A stretch of DNA of 64,000 nucleotides, from assembly GCA_951406725.2 (NCBI GenBank), contig OX597829.1, positions 55,242,001 through 55,306,000 on the forward strand, in the 5' to 3' direction. Made by a program: the position numbers and the translations under genes. Position 1 is the stretch's first letter. Each line of letters starts with the position of its first letter. Positions 28,511 to 43,120 of the stretch are shown here, piece by piece. This DNA comes from Octopus vulgaris. Its lineage: Eukaryota. The notes below the pieces were generated by a model. That model saw nothing but the letters and a program-made list of their open reading frames with translations. It ran no database searches and was not told the origin of the DNA.

Positions 28511-29339
28511 CATGTATGTTATAACCCGGATTTCGAAGCCGTATCAAAACACTCCGAGCAGCCAAGATTTGTTTGGCCGACTTTGCTCATCCCTGGGCTG
28601 AGTGGAAAGACTCACTAACAACATTCGATCGGCAGCTGACGGTTAAAGCCAAGTTGATGCTGTTAAACATACCCAACTTCCTGCTTAACTTCATTTCAAA
28701 AAACCAATTAGCAGAACTCACCGATATATTTTTCTTAATTTTTTTTTAGTTTTTATTTCTTTCAGTCATTACGGATCTTTTTTGTTTGCCTGCACCGGTG
28801 GAAATTTTAAAGTTTAGTAAAAATTTTAATATTTGGTGTATTAATTTAATTTTCCACGCTGAATCTCAGGGTGATAATTCACTTTTTCCAGAAATTAAAA
28901 AAGAAAAAAATTACAGAGTTTTAAAGTTTGATCAGAAAACAGGACCTGGAAGCTGTCATTTTGTGTGTGACAGCACGTGTTGTCAAATGTAAACAAATGA
29001 GATATTGGTGGTATTCTGCTTTATGCATGCCATAACTTTTTTTTACTTTAGGGAACTTTCAGAAAACTTTTGCGAATATGTTCTCTAAACACGGTACTTC
29101 ATAATGATTATGCAAAAAAAAAAAAAAAGAAGACAGAAATTGTGTGATTTAAGGCCTATTTAGCTATTAGTTTTTGAACATTTCACGACCACTTTAAGCA
29201 TCTAGTAAGCGAAAAATGACCACATGGGTAGCTCACTTTTGTTATGCTCCACTTTAGTATACTATATATATATATATATATATATATAATAAAAGAATCT
29301 AAAAATACCTTAGGCAGTGACCGGAATAACAACAACAAC

Positions 29340-29840
29340 AACAATAAACCTGTTAAACTTATAAACCGGATATTATTATAAAAAGATCAAACAAAAAAGG
29401 TGTGTTTATTAATTGACATGAGTATTCCTTGCGATCACAATATAGCGGTGAAAGAATTTGACAAGATCAGTAAATATAAAGACTTGCTAATAGAAATTGA
29501 AAAAATGTGGCATCTCAAGGCGACTGCAGTACCAATGATTGTAGGATCTCTAGGAATGATGAAAAAAAGGTACTGAAACCTATTTGAAAATGACACCAGG
29601 CTTACCATCCCTACAGGAAGTGCAAAAAATCCTGTTAATTGGAACGGCTCATGTACTGAGAAGAGCATTATCGCTGTGAAAACAACATCCATTCATGAAT
29701 TTATTTATTTTAAATACATATTTTACCTTTGAATTTGCGTGTGTAATCTGGGAATGCATACAATGAGCTTCTCTGCCCTAGGTGTACGGAAAACACTCGG
29801 CGAGAAACGGAAGAAAATTTGAAGAAAGGAAAATAATAAT
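29340..29840 (+). mobile_element. R4/Dong-like LINE 3' fragment (restriction-like endonuclease)
   Basis: KPDIIIKDQTKKVCLLIDMSIPCDHNIAVKEFDKISKYKDLLIEIEKMWHL..PMIVGSLG = PD..D..K REL domain. Confidence 0.85.
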
Positions 29841-29849
29841 TAATAATCC

Positions 29850-29892
<43 letters not shown>

Positions 29893-29929
29893 AATAATAA
29901 TAATAAAATAATAATAATAATAATAATAA

Positions 29930-30015
<86 letters not shown>
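29850..30015. repeat. (CAT)n and (TAA)n microsatellites
   Basis: Directly visible. Confidence 0.95.
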
Positions 30016-30018
<3 letters not shown>

Positions 30019-31498
30019 AATAAAAGAATTAGACCAAAGCCAAACTTACAAATACTTAGGAATCCATGAACTAGATAAGACACAACACACACAAATGAAA
30101 GAGAAAATAAAAAAAGAATATTATAGACGAGTTAGATCAATACTAAACACAGAGCTCAATGCTAAAAACAAGATAATAGGTATCAACACTTTAGCTGTCC
30201 CAGTTATAAGTTACAGCTACAATATCCTTAACTGGACACGAAATGAACTGACCAAAATAGATAGGAAAACAAGAAAAATAATGACAGGATCTAGGATGCA
30301 TCACCCAAAATCTGACATAGAAAGACTATATATACAACGTATGGAAGGTGGTAGAGGCCTTATACAGCTGGAAAACTACTATAAAATAACCACCATAGGA
30401 CTGCAAAAATATCTACTTCAGAAGGAAGGAAAACTGATCCAGATAGCGGCAAAACACGAGCAAAACAAAAAACTGTTCTCAGTATTTAAGGAAGCTGACA
30501 AATACAAACAAGAAATCATACCACCTAATAAACATGAAGAAGAAGAAGAAGATGAAGAAACAACAAAAGCTATAAAACAAATGAAATCCAAACTAAAAAC
30601 AGAACAGCAACGAACCATGATAAAACGATGGCAAGAAAAGCCCCTTCATGGTAAATACTGCACTAAACTAAACGCAAAAGAAATAGACAAAGAAAAATCC
30701 CAGCAATGGTTGAGAAGCTCAGGACTCAAAGCAGAAACAGAGGGATTTTTAATTGCAGCACAAGACCAAAGCCTCCCCACCAGAAATTACCAAAAACATG
30801 TAATGAAAAGAAATATTACAAGTAACTGCAGAATATGTGGAGATGGACAAGAAACAATAAATCATATTATCTCTAGCTGCCCAGTCCTGGCTAAGAAGGA
30901 ATATATTCACAGACATGACAGAGTTGGAACCTACATACATTGGAAGCTATGCCAACATTATGGAATAACAACAGAAAAAAGATGGTATAGGCACACACCA
31001 GAAAAGGTCACAGAAAACGAGAAAGCAACCATACTCTGGGATATGCCGATACACACAGATAGAGAAATTAAGGCCAACAGACCAGATATAGTTGTCAGAG
31101 ATCATGAAGAAAAAAATGCTTTTTAATTGATGTATCAATACCGGCAGATGACAACGTGTCTCTAAAAGAAATGGAGAAACTCTCAAAATACAAAGACCTG
31201 GAAATAGAGGTAACTAGAATGTGGAATCTGAAAACAGAAACAATTCCTATCATAGTAGGTGCATTAGGCATGATAAAAAAATATTCAGACAAATACATAA
31301 CAAAAACACCAGGACTTACAAACACATATAACATACAGAAAATTGCACTACTAGGCACTGCCCACATCCTACGCAGAACACTTTCCATACAATAACCATC
31401 AGAGCATCACAACAAATCACAGCACCTACCCAAGGCACACAGAGCTGCGCTCGGTAGTGAAGTGAAAGCACGCTATAAAAATAAAAATAAAACTACTG
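30016..31498 (+). mobile_element. 5'-truncated R4/Dong-like LINE inserted in (TAA)n
   Basis: YKYLGI, ORF 30095-31126 with GGRGL, CCHC motif CRICGDGQETINHIISSC, RHD, RPDIV; one frameshift, then LIDVSIP..KLSKYKDL..IIVGALG; (TAA)n on both sides. Confidence 0.92.
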
Positions 31499-31519
31499 AA
31501 TAATAATAATAATAATAAT

Positions 31520-31675
31520 AATAAAAGAATCTAAAAATGCTTTAGGAATGAGAACCCAGGTTCGAAATTTCCCCCAAGACACCTGATGAATGCTGGAGGG
31601 TATATCAGCCGAAACGTTGTGTTAACAAATAAGAGGAAGATAAACATCCGTCAAATGTAAATAATGTAAATAATG
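31520..31675 (+). mobile_element. PLE pLTR fragment with minimal hammerhead (31578-31623)
   Basis: GACAC CUGAUGA A UGCUG-gaggguauau-CAGCC GAAA CG UU GUGUU; its start AATAAAAGAATCTAAAAAT is also found at 29288. Confidence 0.7.
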
Positions 31676-32011
31676 AACTAAAAATTGAATGAAAGAAGAA
31701 ATGTGAGAAGGGTGAGAAGGAAGTGTATAGAGAAAAGTGGAAGGTTAAAAAACCGGAAAACGAAAAAGCAATCCGAAAGAAGCAAAATGGTGGTGGTGGT
31801 GGTGGTGGTGGGAGACAGTGTACGCGTGCATATATGTGTGTGTGTGCATGTGTGTATGTATATGACTGTGTGGTAAAATGTTTGCTATCAATCGTCACGG
31901 TTGTGGAGTCAGTCTCACTGCTCGACACTTTATGTGTCGTCTACAATAGCGTTGTGGATACCAAAGCCCTGTGAGCGGATTTGGTAGGCGGAAACTGAAA
32001 GAAACCCGTCG

Positions 32012-32057
<46 letters not shown>

Positions 32058-32338
32058 TATATATAATTATACCATATGTTACATATATATTACATTTTAC
32101 TTTGATACGGTGTGGACTAAGATCCTCGTTGGCAGGCTGCTGCTATGTATAGAGTGTTAAACACTTTCGATATGCCAATTAGGGGCTCCTTCATAGAGTA
32201 ACTGCTGCATCTGTTGAGTATATAAACAGCTTGGTTGCTGTTTCTCTGGAGGCTGTCGATTAAGGTTGTTCATCATTTTTTTCAGTCTGCGGAGAAATGG
32301 TTAAAATGTACCCTCTTTATAATTAAACCATATATTAC

Positions 32339-32409
<71 letters not shown>

Positions 32410-32415
32410 ATATAG

Positions 32416-32452
<37 letters not shown>

Positions 32453-32454
32453 AA

Positions 32455-32750
32455 TTCTTGACAACAGGTATTGGTTTGTTTACGCCCCCATTACTAATCG
32501 GTTCGGCAAAATGAATCTGCTAGAATAAGTGCCAAGTTGGAGTTCATTCGTTCCACAAAAATTTGAAGGATGTGCACCAGCATGGCCGCAGTCTAATGAC
32601 TGAAACAAGTAAAATATAACACACACACACACACACACATACATGTACAGGCGCGGATAGATACTTCAAGCAAGTGTCCTCTACTGTAGCCCAGTTCCAA
32701 CCAAATTTCTGTGAATAGGTTTGGTAGATAGAACCTGAAAGAAGCCCGAT
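32455..32750. mobile_element. SINE family B fragments (tail on +, central part on -)
   Basis: Similarity to full copies. Confidence 0.65.
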
Positions 32751-32785
32751 ATATGTATGTGTGTATGTATGTATGTATGTGGGTG

Positions 32786-32825
<40 letters not shown>

Positions 32826-32989
32826 GTATGTAAGTATATAAGGATGTATGTTTGCACGTGTATGTATGTCTGTCTGTCTGTCTTTTATGTATTTAATCAT
32901 TTAAATCATTCCTCTGTGGAAGGTGCTGGTTTCTAACAAAGCTTCATTATTGGAATGTGGATAATGAAGACAACGTCACAATTTGAACT

Positions 32990-34420
32990 TGAAAAAAGTC
33001 TTGCATAGTTTTACTGTTCCATTTACAGATTGTATTTATAATGTGCGAATCAGGTGGTTGATTTCTTTTTCTGAAAATCCAAGATTATCCAGACTTACAG
33101 TTCGGCATTTACTTACAAAATCAAGTGTTCCAATTAATTATTGGTAAATTTGTGATCCGGATATAGAAGCTGAAGGTTTCGAAGCAGTTGTCCATAATTA
33201 TCTCTTTTCTCTTTGATTTTCAAAGAGCTTTTCACAGCAGCAGGACCGCTGACCTTTATGGCGGTACATGCTTTTTCTTGTCTGTCCCACAATAACCAGC
33301 TTGTTATCCTTACATTTGACATGTTTTGATGGGGATGTTCGACCAGTATTCCTTGTGCTGATAGATGTGTACACATTCAACAATGGACGGATTCTCTATA
33401 TTTATTCCAGGGCAGTCTTTTACCCGAATGGCATTGTATATTGTTTTTGCGACAACGTCATGTCGCATAGGGAGGTGGTACCTCGATGGCATTTTTGGGC
33501 AGCTGCTAATCATATGTGTGATATCTTACACAGAAATATGACATCATCTACATTTACGGTTGTAACTTGGAACTCCAATGACTTCAGTGTTGAACAGGAA
33601 TTTTTGTAGCAACCTCCTGTTCCTAGATTGCAAATGCATAACCTCCAAAGTGTCACAAATCCATGAGAAGTTTCGTGCCATGTCAATATTACTATCTTCT
33701 TCAAGTCTTCGAGAAGCATACCCATGCAGAGTCTTTTTTTTTGGTATGCCGAGTGTTTCACCTCCCGGTTTTTGAAGTATGCTAGTCCGGCTAGTTTGGA
33801 GTCGTATGGGAGATTATCAGGAAGAGAGCGCTTCATGAGGACCTCGCTTCCAACACGTAGGATATTGTTCTCTTCACGCTTCAACACTAAGTTGATGTAT
33901 TTATTTTTGCTGCTGTTGTTTAGCAGCTGCTCTCTGAACGACACTATGTGACATTCAAAAGCTCTCTGCACTGATTTCAAGCCCCCTACCTCCTTTATCT
34001 GTTCATAGGTAGAGCCTGTCAATATCACTATTTTTGTGGAGATTTCCAGTTGCTATAAGAATCTTGTGGGGTTTTCATGTCTCTGGAGCGGATTTCTTCT
34101 ACAGACCAGTCAAGTATCTCAAATATTGGAGTCTGCACTGGTACTGAAAATGCACTGTAGGACACTGTCTTGCTATAAGAGGAGAGTTCAGATAGCCATA
34201 TTTTACTTAATCTGGTGTAATATTCTTGGGTCACTCTACCTTTATTCACGGTACCTTGGTATGATATATTTTCATCAATGCCAAGGTACTTGTAGCATTC
34301 TTTGTGTGAGTCGGGAGAGATAGTGAGATCATTGATGCTGACATTTACCAATGCACCATTTCTTTTTATCAATAATAGAGTTGTCGTCATTCTTGACGAC
34401 ACGGGTATGCTAGTAAGTAT
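32990..34420 (-). mobile_element. Decayed R4-like (REL-endonuclease) LINE
   Basis: CYKYLGIDEN..EYYTRLSKIWLSELSSY, GGLKS, SHMISSCPKM..MRHDVVAK, KEKRDNYGQL; same domain order as 30016-31498. Confidence 0.8.
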
Positions 34421-34532
34421 ATAAACAGCTAACATACTTTTTGTGAACACAAGTGAGTATGCAGTTCTTGGTGAGGGGGTAATAAACTTTGAAACTAGCC
34501 AAATAAATCCCCCTTTCCTGGTCACAGAGAGA

Positions 34533-34586
<54 letters not shown>

Positions 34587-34722
34587 CTGGGGTTTAAGTA
34601 CTTTGTTTACTCTTTACAAAGTTAAATTGCTTGTTTTTTTATTATTCTAAAACACCCACTCACAAGGCTTACGTTACAATTTTTACTCACACGAAGCTGC
34701 TACGCACTACTTCTGTAAATTG

Positions 34723-35012
34723 ATGTATGTATGTATGTATGTATGTATGTATGTATGTATGTATGTATGTATGTATGTATGTATGTATGTATGTATGTAT
34801 GTATGTATGTATGAATGTATGTATGTATGTATGTATGTATGTATGTATGTATGTATGTATGTATGTATGTATGTATGTATGTATGCATGTATGTATGTAT
34901 GTATGTATGTATGTATGTTTGTATGTGTGTGTGTATGTGAGTGTGTCAATACATGTACATATGTGTGTGTGCGTGCGTGGGTGTGTGTGTGTATGTGTGT
35001 GTGTGTGTGTGC
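34723..35012. repeat. (TATG)n/(TG)n microsatellite
   Basis: Directly visible. Confidence 0.95.
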
Positions 35013-35434
35013 GTAAAATGTGTTTGTGAGCGCATTGTCAATAGACGTTGTATGTTTCCAATGTACGTACATCTAAAAATCACAGATGGTCGAGAATTAG
35101 TTTAAATAAGAAGACGGTAAATCCGTAATTTGTGACGGTTGACATATTCTTAAATAAACACCAAATGTTTTGTAAAGTATAAGTATGGTTACCTATCAAA
35201 TTGTTTCGTGGAAACAAAGGACTTCTCTAGATGAAACCTCTTTCCAGTTTACATTTAGGAGGATCAAATAACCTGTCTTTGATTTTCTCATTAACTCGCC
35301 ACATTCTAGTAGCCTTTGTAGATAAAAAAAAAGAAAAAAGCCAAACAAATCAGGAGAGGAAACCAAAACTATTTCGTTGCTCTTTCGCCATTTGAAAATA
35401 AAAGGAAACTGTTTTGTTAGAAAGGAAATTATTT

Positions 35435-36206
35435 CAGGTGGCGAGCTGGCAGTATCGTTAGCATTCCGGGCGAAATGATTAGCGGTATTTCGTCTGCCGC
35501 TACGTTGTGAGTTCGAATTCCGCCGAGGTCGACTTTGCCTTTCATCCTTTCGGGGTCGATAAATTAAGTACCAGTTACGCACTGGGGTCGATGTAATCCA
35601 CTTAATACCTATGTCTGTCCTTGTTTGTCCACTCTGTGTTTAGCCCCTTGTGGGTAATAAAGAAATAGGTATTTCGTCTGCCGTTACGTTCTGAGTTCAA
35701 ATTCCGTCGAGATCGACTTTGCCTTTCATCCTTTCGGGGTCGATAAATTAAGTACCAGTAACGCACTGGGATCGATGTAATCGACTTAATCCATTTGTCT
35801 GTCCCTGTTTGTCCCTTCTGTGTTTAGCTCCTTGTGGGTAGTAAAGAAATAGGTATTTCGTCCGTCGCTACGTCCTGGGTTCAAATTCCGCCGAGGTCGA
35901 CTTTGCCTTTCATCCTTTCGGGGTCGATTAAATAAGTACCAGTTATGCACTGGGGTCGATCTAATCGATTGGCCCCTTCCCCCAAAAAGAATATAAGGCG
36001 GCGAGCTTGGCAGAAACGTTAGCACGTCGGGCGAAATACTAAGCGGTATTTCGTCTGTCTTTACGTTCTGAGTTCAAATTCCGCCGAGATCGACTTTGCC
36101 TTTCATCCTTTCGGGGTCGATAAATTAAGTACTAGTTGCGTACTGGAGTCGATCTAATCGACTGGCCCTCTCACCCAAAATTTCGGGATTTGTACCTAGA
36201 ATAGAA
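35435..36206 (+). mobile_element. Four-unit tandem SINE family A multimer bounded by a 16-bp TSD
   Basis: Units start ~35436, 35668, 35852, 35996; AGAAAGGAAATTATTT at 35419-35434 and 36207-36222. Confidence 0.85.
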
Positions 36207-36477
36207 AGAAAGGAAATTATTTTATGGTATTTTCTTACAATGAATTACGCTAAAGCTGAAAGACAGGCGGAAAACAAAAAAATATTTTACAGACAATGAG
36301 ATATTCCAGTAAACCATTGAATCCTATGACGTTTTACACATTTCGCATAGCTGTATCTTTGTTTCATCGTAGCTGTTAATCAGCAGTTGTGTAAATGAAA
36401 TACTTCTAACCAAGTTATTCGCCAGACGACAGGAGGTTAATTCAATTTATTTAAAATTTGGGTTTTTCCTTCGACTC

Positions 36478-36516
<39 letters not shown>

Positions 36517-36556
36517 ATTTATGTATGTATGTTTTATAAATATATGTATATGTATG

Positions 36557-36608
<52 letters not shown>

Positions 36609-36682
36609 CGAATGTGTGAGTGTGTGCGCGTTTGTATGTGTGTGTGTTGTGCGTGTGTGTAATATATATATATATATATATA

Positions 36683-37122
<440 letters not shown>

Positions 37123-37154
37123 GTCTTCTCCTGTTGATGTATATACACACCTCA

Positions 37155-37636
37155 AGGCGAGCAAGTCGGGCGAAATGCTTAGTGGTGTTTCGTCTGCCGT
37201 TACGTTCTGAGTTCATATTCCGCTGAGGCCGGGTTGCGGATCTGTGGAATAAGCTGCCGGACGAGATGGTGAAGATGCCGACGACCGCTCGGTTCAAAGT
37301 CTCTCTTGACCAGAAATGGCCTGAACTCTTTGCATGACATAACTCCATGTCCCCCTACATGGCCTTGCTTTTTGCTTTTTGAGCCAAAAAATTAACTTAA
37401 CTAACTTAACTTAGGCCGACTTTGCCTTTTTATCCTTTCGGGGTCGATAAATTAAGTACCACTTTCATACTAGGGTGGATCTAATCAACTGCCACCCCCC
37501 ACAAACAAAAAAAAAAAATTGAGCCTTGTGCCTAGAGTAGAAAAGAATCGTTACCGCGTTGGGCGAAATGCAGCATTTCGTTCATCTTTACGTTCCGAGT
37601 TCAAATTCCGCCGAGGTCGACTTTGCCTTTCATCTT
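37155..37636 (+). mobile_element. SINE family A (interrupted by a CR1 fragment) followed by a second partial copy
   Basis: The SINE resumes at AGGCCGACTTTGCC (37413). Confidence 0.8.
37232..37412 (+). mobile_element. Short CR1 3' end with (TTAAC)n tail and 6-bp TSD
   Basis: RVADLWNKLPDEMVKMPTTARFKVSLDQKW*; AGGCCG duplicated at 37226-37231 and 37413-37418. Confidence 0.85.
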
Positions 37637-37945
37637 CTCGTGGTTTCCGAGCGTTCCATTATGGAGGCTGGTAATATCAGCCTCCATGTTGAAATTACCA
37701 ACACCCTTGATCATGATTCTTGAAAAATTGCTGAATTGTCCGCATGAAACCATTTGTAGCATTGTTACTCTGCATATAACGTATCGCGGATTACAATTTT
37801 CCAACCGGCCAATTAATGGGTTAATTTCTTGTGTCGCGAATTATAAGGGTGTGTCTCTGTGATTCGGATATAATAAATACCACTTGTCAGAGTCGTGGTC
37901 GACGAGCCGCAGTTTTCACGCAACCATCGCTCACACGCACGCACG

Positions 37946-38108
<163 letters not shown>

Positions 38109-38574
38109 AATTGTATGCGCCCCCATAACATACATTCATGATTACGTAGCATTTAATCTTTTAATTACTATAACAGCCTGTTTCTCTCAGTTAATTTTAA
38201 ATTCTAATTTTAATGTTAATTTTTGTAACTTAAACATTTTGCAAACAAATTGGAGGTATTTGTATTCCTCTGGCTTTCGACTCTTTCCGTATAACTTTGG
38301 TTTAACATCAGGGGAGTATATGAACTGTTAAATTCTTTGACGACTTCCTCTCTGTCATTCCGCTGATACGATATCACGTGCCTTTATATATTTTATGGCC
38401 GCTGAATTTCAAGAAATACTTTCGTGTGAAAATGCCCTTACCTGCCCACCCACCTGCCCACTTCCCTCCCTACCTACATACGTGACCATCATTGACCATT
38501 GGATGGGCATTGGTAAGGTCTACTTTTGTCATGAGTAGGCAGCCATCATATATATATATATATACTTTTGTTTT

Positions 38575-39110
38575 GTTAATGCTGCAAGAACATCCCAAAA
38601 AACAGTGACTCAGAGTTTCACGTTTTCGTTCGTCGAGCTGTTGTGCTCAAGACACTGCTCGGCGTGTTGGTACAGAACCGATGATCTCTTTTCTTCCTTA
38701 AGTTCCCTCCAATGTTTCATTTACCCGCTTTCCTATGCTCCGTGTCGTTTCCCCTGCGTATGTCGTTGTCTTGTTACTGCATCGTCCCTCTATACATCTT
38801 ATTCTATAGACTACATTTCTGGGTTTACAGTTTATTTGTGGGCTAAATCTACACACAGTACAGTTCCTATCCGTACAGGGGTTCTACTAAAAGGGTAGGT
38901 TCTACCGATTAGGGATTTGATAGGGTTGCCTGGTCTTTCAATAACCTTAATCCTTAGCTTACGTTTGTCTAGGGCCCTTCTAAAGCGGTACGCCAGTTCG
39001 CCTCTAGGGGTGGTGTCGACGAACATGACACTCTGGTATTTGTGGCTATCATACCAAGAGTTGGCCTTCCCTATTTTCTTCTTAGTCCTTTCAATAGTGT
39101 TCCATGACAC
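38575..39110 (-). pseudogene. Penelope-like element linker + GIY-YIG endonuclease fragment
   Basis: SVMFVDTTPRGELA..IKVIERPG.., then NCKPRNVVYRIRC..GET..SSVLYQHAEQC (VVY..YxGET pattern); frameshifted. Confidence 0.75.
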
Positions 39111-39346
39111 ACAAATAAGAAAGAAGAAAGCAAAGGACCACTGATGCGGTGTGACGAAAGAACTCTGGCCGAAATAAGATTAAGATTAATGTAAAAAATA
39201 AATAACGCTGAAGCAAAGTAACACCAAATATATAGTGCGTGTGTTTTTATTGGCTAAACTGGCAAAATGACCATTCCTAAATACAACAATATCTGTTTCA
39301 ACACACGATTTCACATCAAAAATCTTGCAAAACAAATATATAAACG

Positions 39347-39421
<75 letters not shown>

Positions 39422-39960
39422 TTGTGCATTCGTGACCAAGGAAGACTATCACTGACCATTGCTCATGCTAAATATCGGCAATGCCTGCGCATAAGGTTAT
39501 TGCACCCACAGTCGGATTCATCCAGGTTCGCACCCGCGGCTCCACGGTAAGGCTTGCAAAACACTTTACAGACTCTCTTCACTCTAGTTACATGATCCAG
39601 AAACATGGCAAAGCAAGATATCCACATACATACACACACACACACATACATACATACATACATACATACATACACACATACATACATGCACACATACACA
39701 CATACATGCATGCATACATACACACATACATACACACATACACACGTACTCACATACACAATTACATACATACATATACATACATAACATACGTACATAC
39801 ATGCTTACACACGTACATACATAGACATATACATACATAGATACATACACATATACATACACATATACATGCATACACACATACATTCATACATACATAC
39901 TTACACACGTACATAAGCACATACAGACACAACATTTTACTTTTCTATCTATATGCTATA

Positions 39961-40250
39961 TCTTACATAATAAAACTGAAAATGTGTGTGTGTGTGTGTC
40001 TATCGCTATGTCCCCGTTTTGCGCCAAAACTGCTCGACCGATTTTTTCTTAAACTTCACACGCATATTGCTTATGTGTCTGGGGAGGTTTTAAGTATAAA
40101 TTGATTTCGACAATATGTTCGGGTAAACGGCAGGAGGAATAACATTTGGGTGTGAGTAATTATTTTTAAGCTTGCAAGGGAAATAACCCATTCCCTCCTG
40201 GAAATAACCACCAAGGGAAATAACCCTTTCAATTCCACTAAGGACGAATT
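39961..40250 (+). mobile_element. Probable Helitron 5' portion
   Basis: A|TCTTACATAATAAAA..(TG)n..CGACCGATTTTTCTTAAACTT resembles the start of the 59500-60305 Helitron; no 3' hairpin/CTAG found. Confidence 0.45.
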
Positions 40251-40664
40251 AAATTAAGCTGGTGTGTGTAGAAGTAAAGCCTTACGGCAGGGATACAAGA
40301 TTTCACAGGCACAGGGAAGAATATAGATGTTGCACTGATAGCGGCCGAACCAAGAAAGAAAGGTCAGGCTTGGCTGAACACCGGTCATGTGGGGAGAGAA
40401 GAGAGAAAGGTAGAGGCAGAGGAACAGAAGAAATAAGGAGGGGCGAGAAAAATGACAGGGAGACAGTGAAGTGAAAAGAGGAGGGAAAGTGGGCACGAAG
40501 AGAAGGTAAAGAAATGTGAGAGAGGGGGAACAAAAGAACAAAGAGTGGAATGAACGGAGTAAGCGTGAAAGGGTTGATAGAAAGAAGGAATAAAAGAATA
40601 GAGTCGTACAAGATTCAGATAAATAAATACTTACATATAAGAGACCAAAGTGTACGTATGCCAG

Positions 40665-40698
<34 letters not shown>

Positions 40699-40918
40699 TG
40701 TATGTATGTATGTATGTATGTATGTATGTATGTATGTATGTATGTATGTATGTATGTGTGTATGTATGTATGTATGTATGTATGTATGTATGTATGTATG
40801 TATGTATGTGTGTATGTATGTATATATATATATATATGCTATGATGGACCGTGAAGTCTGGCGTAACATAGTAAATTCCATTGTCTCGACCACGGTCGAA
40901 CAATGATGATGATGATGA

Positions 40919-40995
<77 letters not shown>

Positions 40996-41089
40996 AGTAT
41001 GTATATATGTATGTATGTATGTATACAAATACAAAATGGGACAAGAACGCAAAACATCCAGATAGACGATACAAAGAAAACAAGGACGG

Positions 41090-41136
<47 letters not shown>

Positions 41137-41138
<2 letters not shown>

Positions 41139-43120
41139 CGAAATTATTGCAAGACATCCTGGATCTAAGGATTGGTGCCTCATGGACCATGTTATCACTA
41201 AGAAGCGAGATATTAGGGACTTTAACATTACACATTCCTTTCGTCACACTTGCTATCTCTCTGACCATTTTCTTCTCCGTAGCAAGGCTATGCCCCCCCT
41301 ATGCCCCATCTGGAACACACAAGACTACAAATCATCAGCGCCTAAGCGCATCAATGTTCTGCCTTTGAAAACTACCGAAAAGCAGACTGAGCTCTCTATC
41401 AAGTTGGAAACTGCACTCAACAGTGTTGATATCAATGATGACACAGAATTATCTTGGAAGGCTCTGCGTGATGCAACACACTCTGCACCTGTAGAGGTTC
41501 TTGGGCTTCCTGTTCAGACAAAATGTACAGCCCCCATAAAACATGGATAAATGATAAGATCCAGAAAAGAGAATGCTTATAAGAAATGCAGAGGCCAAAT
41601 CCAAGGACAGATGAAGGAGACGTGGTGGTCTTTCAAGGCTGCTGAACTCCAAGAAGACAGAAAGTGTATGGTTCTGAAGAGCACGGTGTTGAAGAGAGGT
41701 GTCTGTGATAATCATCGTGGGATATCACTTTTTTGTCTGTCGCTGGTAAGATTTTTGCTCGACTCATTCTTGACGAGATTATTAAACACGTTGTAAATGA
41801 TATCTATCCAGAATCACATTGTGGATTTCGTTGTGATCGTGGCACTATCGACATGATCTTTTCCCCTCGACAGGTCATGGAGAAGGTATGTGAGAAAAAT
41901 CAAGAGTTCTTCATGGTATTAGTTGATCTTACTAAGGCCTTCGACACCAGCAAGAACTATGGAAAGTTCTGACAAAGCTTGGTATACCTGACAAGATGTT
42001 GAATGTTATTATCTCCTTTCATAAGAGAATAAAAGCTGTTGTGTCCGGTGGTGAATTTTCGGTTTCCGTCAATGTCACAAACGCACAAAACAAGATTGTG
42101 TTATGACCCCTGTTTTGTTTGCACTCTTCTTTTCAGTGATGCTGAGGTATGCTTTTGGTGGCATACAAAGTGGTATAAAATTCCAGTTTCGAACAAGTGG
42201 TGGACTATTCAATCATCAGCATTTCGAAGTCAGAACACTGCTACGCACCATTATCATTCGTCATCAACTTTTTGCAGATGCTGCTGCACTAGTAGCAACC
42301 TCTTTAAAGGAAGCTCAGGAACTTCTATACCGGTTTTCTTCTGCATGTAAAGCCTTTGGTTTGGCCATCAGTATAAAGAAGACAGAAGTAATCCACCAAC
42401 CTTGCTCTACTCCTAAACAAATTCGAGGTGTCAAGCAGAGGCCACCAGTTCACAATTCTCCTGACACTCCTATACAGGTTGATGGGAATAGCTTAAATTA
42501 TGTGAAGTCATTTACATATCTTGGTAGTATAGTGAAATTGAGTGCTTCCCTTGATGATGAAATCGTTAACTGTCTTGCAAAGGCAACCAACGCATTTGGC
42601 AAACACCGTCAACGCCTATGGAATGAAAGGGGCATCAAACTTGGTAGCAAAGTAAAGGTCTATAAAGTAGCCATTCTTACTACTCTCTTGAATGAGTGTC
42701 CGAAGAATACCCACAGTCCTCATGTACAGCCAGCCTGAGAGTGGGCACAGGAATGTTGGTTGATCATGGCTCAGATATAAGGACAAGCTAAAGAGTGACC
42801 TCTTAGAACTGAAGATTGCTCACAACACCTTTGAGTGAACAGCCTTGGAACGGACAAAATGGGGAACGTTGTGTGAAAATGGTATTAGGACCTTTGTTGC
42901 AACCAGCATTAACAGGCTTTGGGGTGCAAGGCAAAGGAGAAAGGCGGGTGAAAATATACCACCTGCACTGACCTGTGATCCTCATACTTGCAGGATCTGT
43001 GACCTTCTTTGCAAATCATTAGGTGGACTTAAATGTCACATTCGACATTAGCATTATGACTGACAAAGAAAGAGTATGTTGTCAGAGCCTCATATGTTGA
43101 AACCGACGGGAGAGTTCATA
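41137..43120 (+). mobile_element. RTE (BovB-like) LINE, internally deleted
   Basis: APE end [21 protein letters not shown]; RT CDNHRGISL, PESHCGFR..GTIDMIF, LVDLTKAFDT, LFADAAAL, FTYLGS; C-terminal C2H2 CRICDLLCKSLGGLKCHIRH. Confidence 0.9.

Noticed and set aside
28640-29200. Possible TTAA-flanked (Kolobok-like) DNA element
   Set aside because: The putative termini do not form matching inverted repeats.
39145-39325. Very degenerate hammerhead-like words next to the PLE fragment (CTGATGC..GCCGAAAT; TTGATGTG..GAAACAG)
   Set aside because: Multiple core and stem mismatches; not supportable individually.
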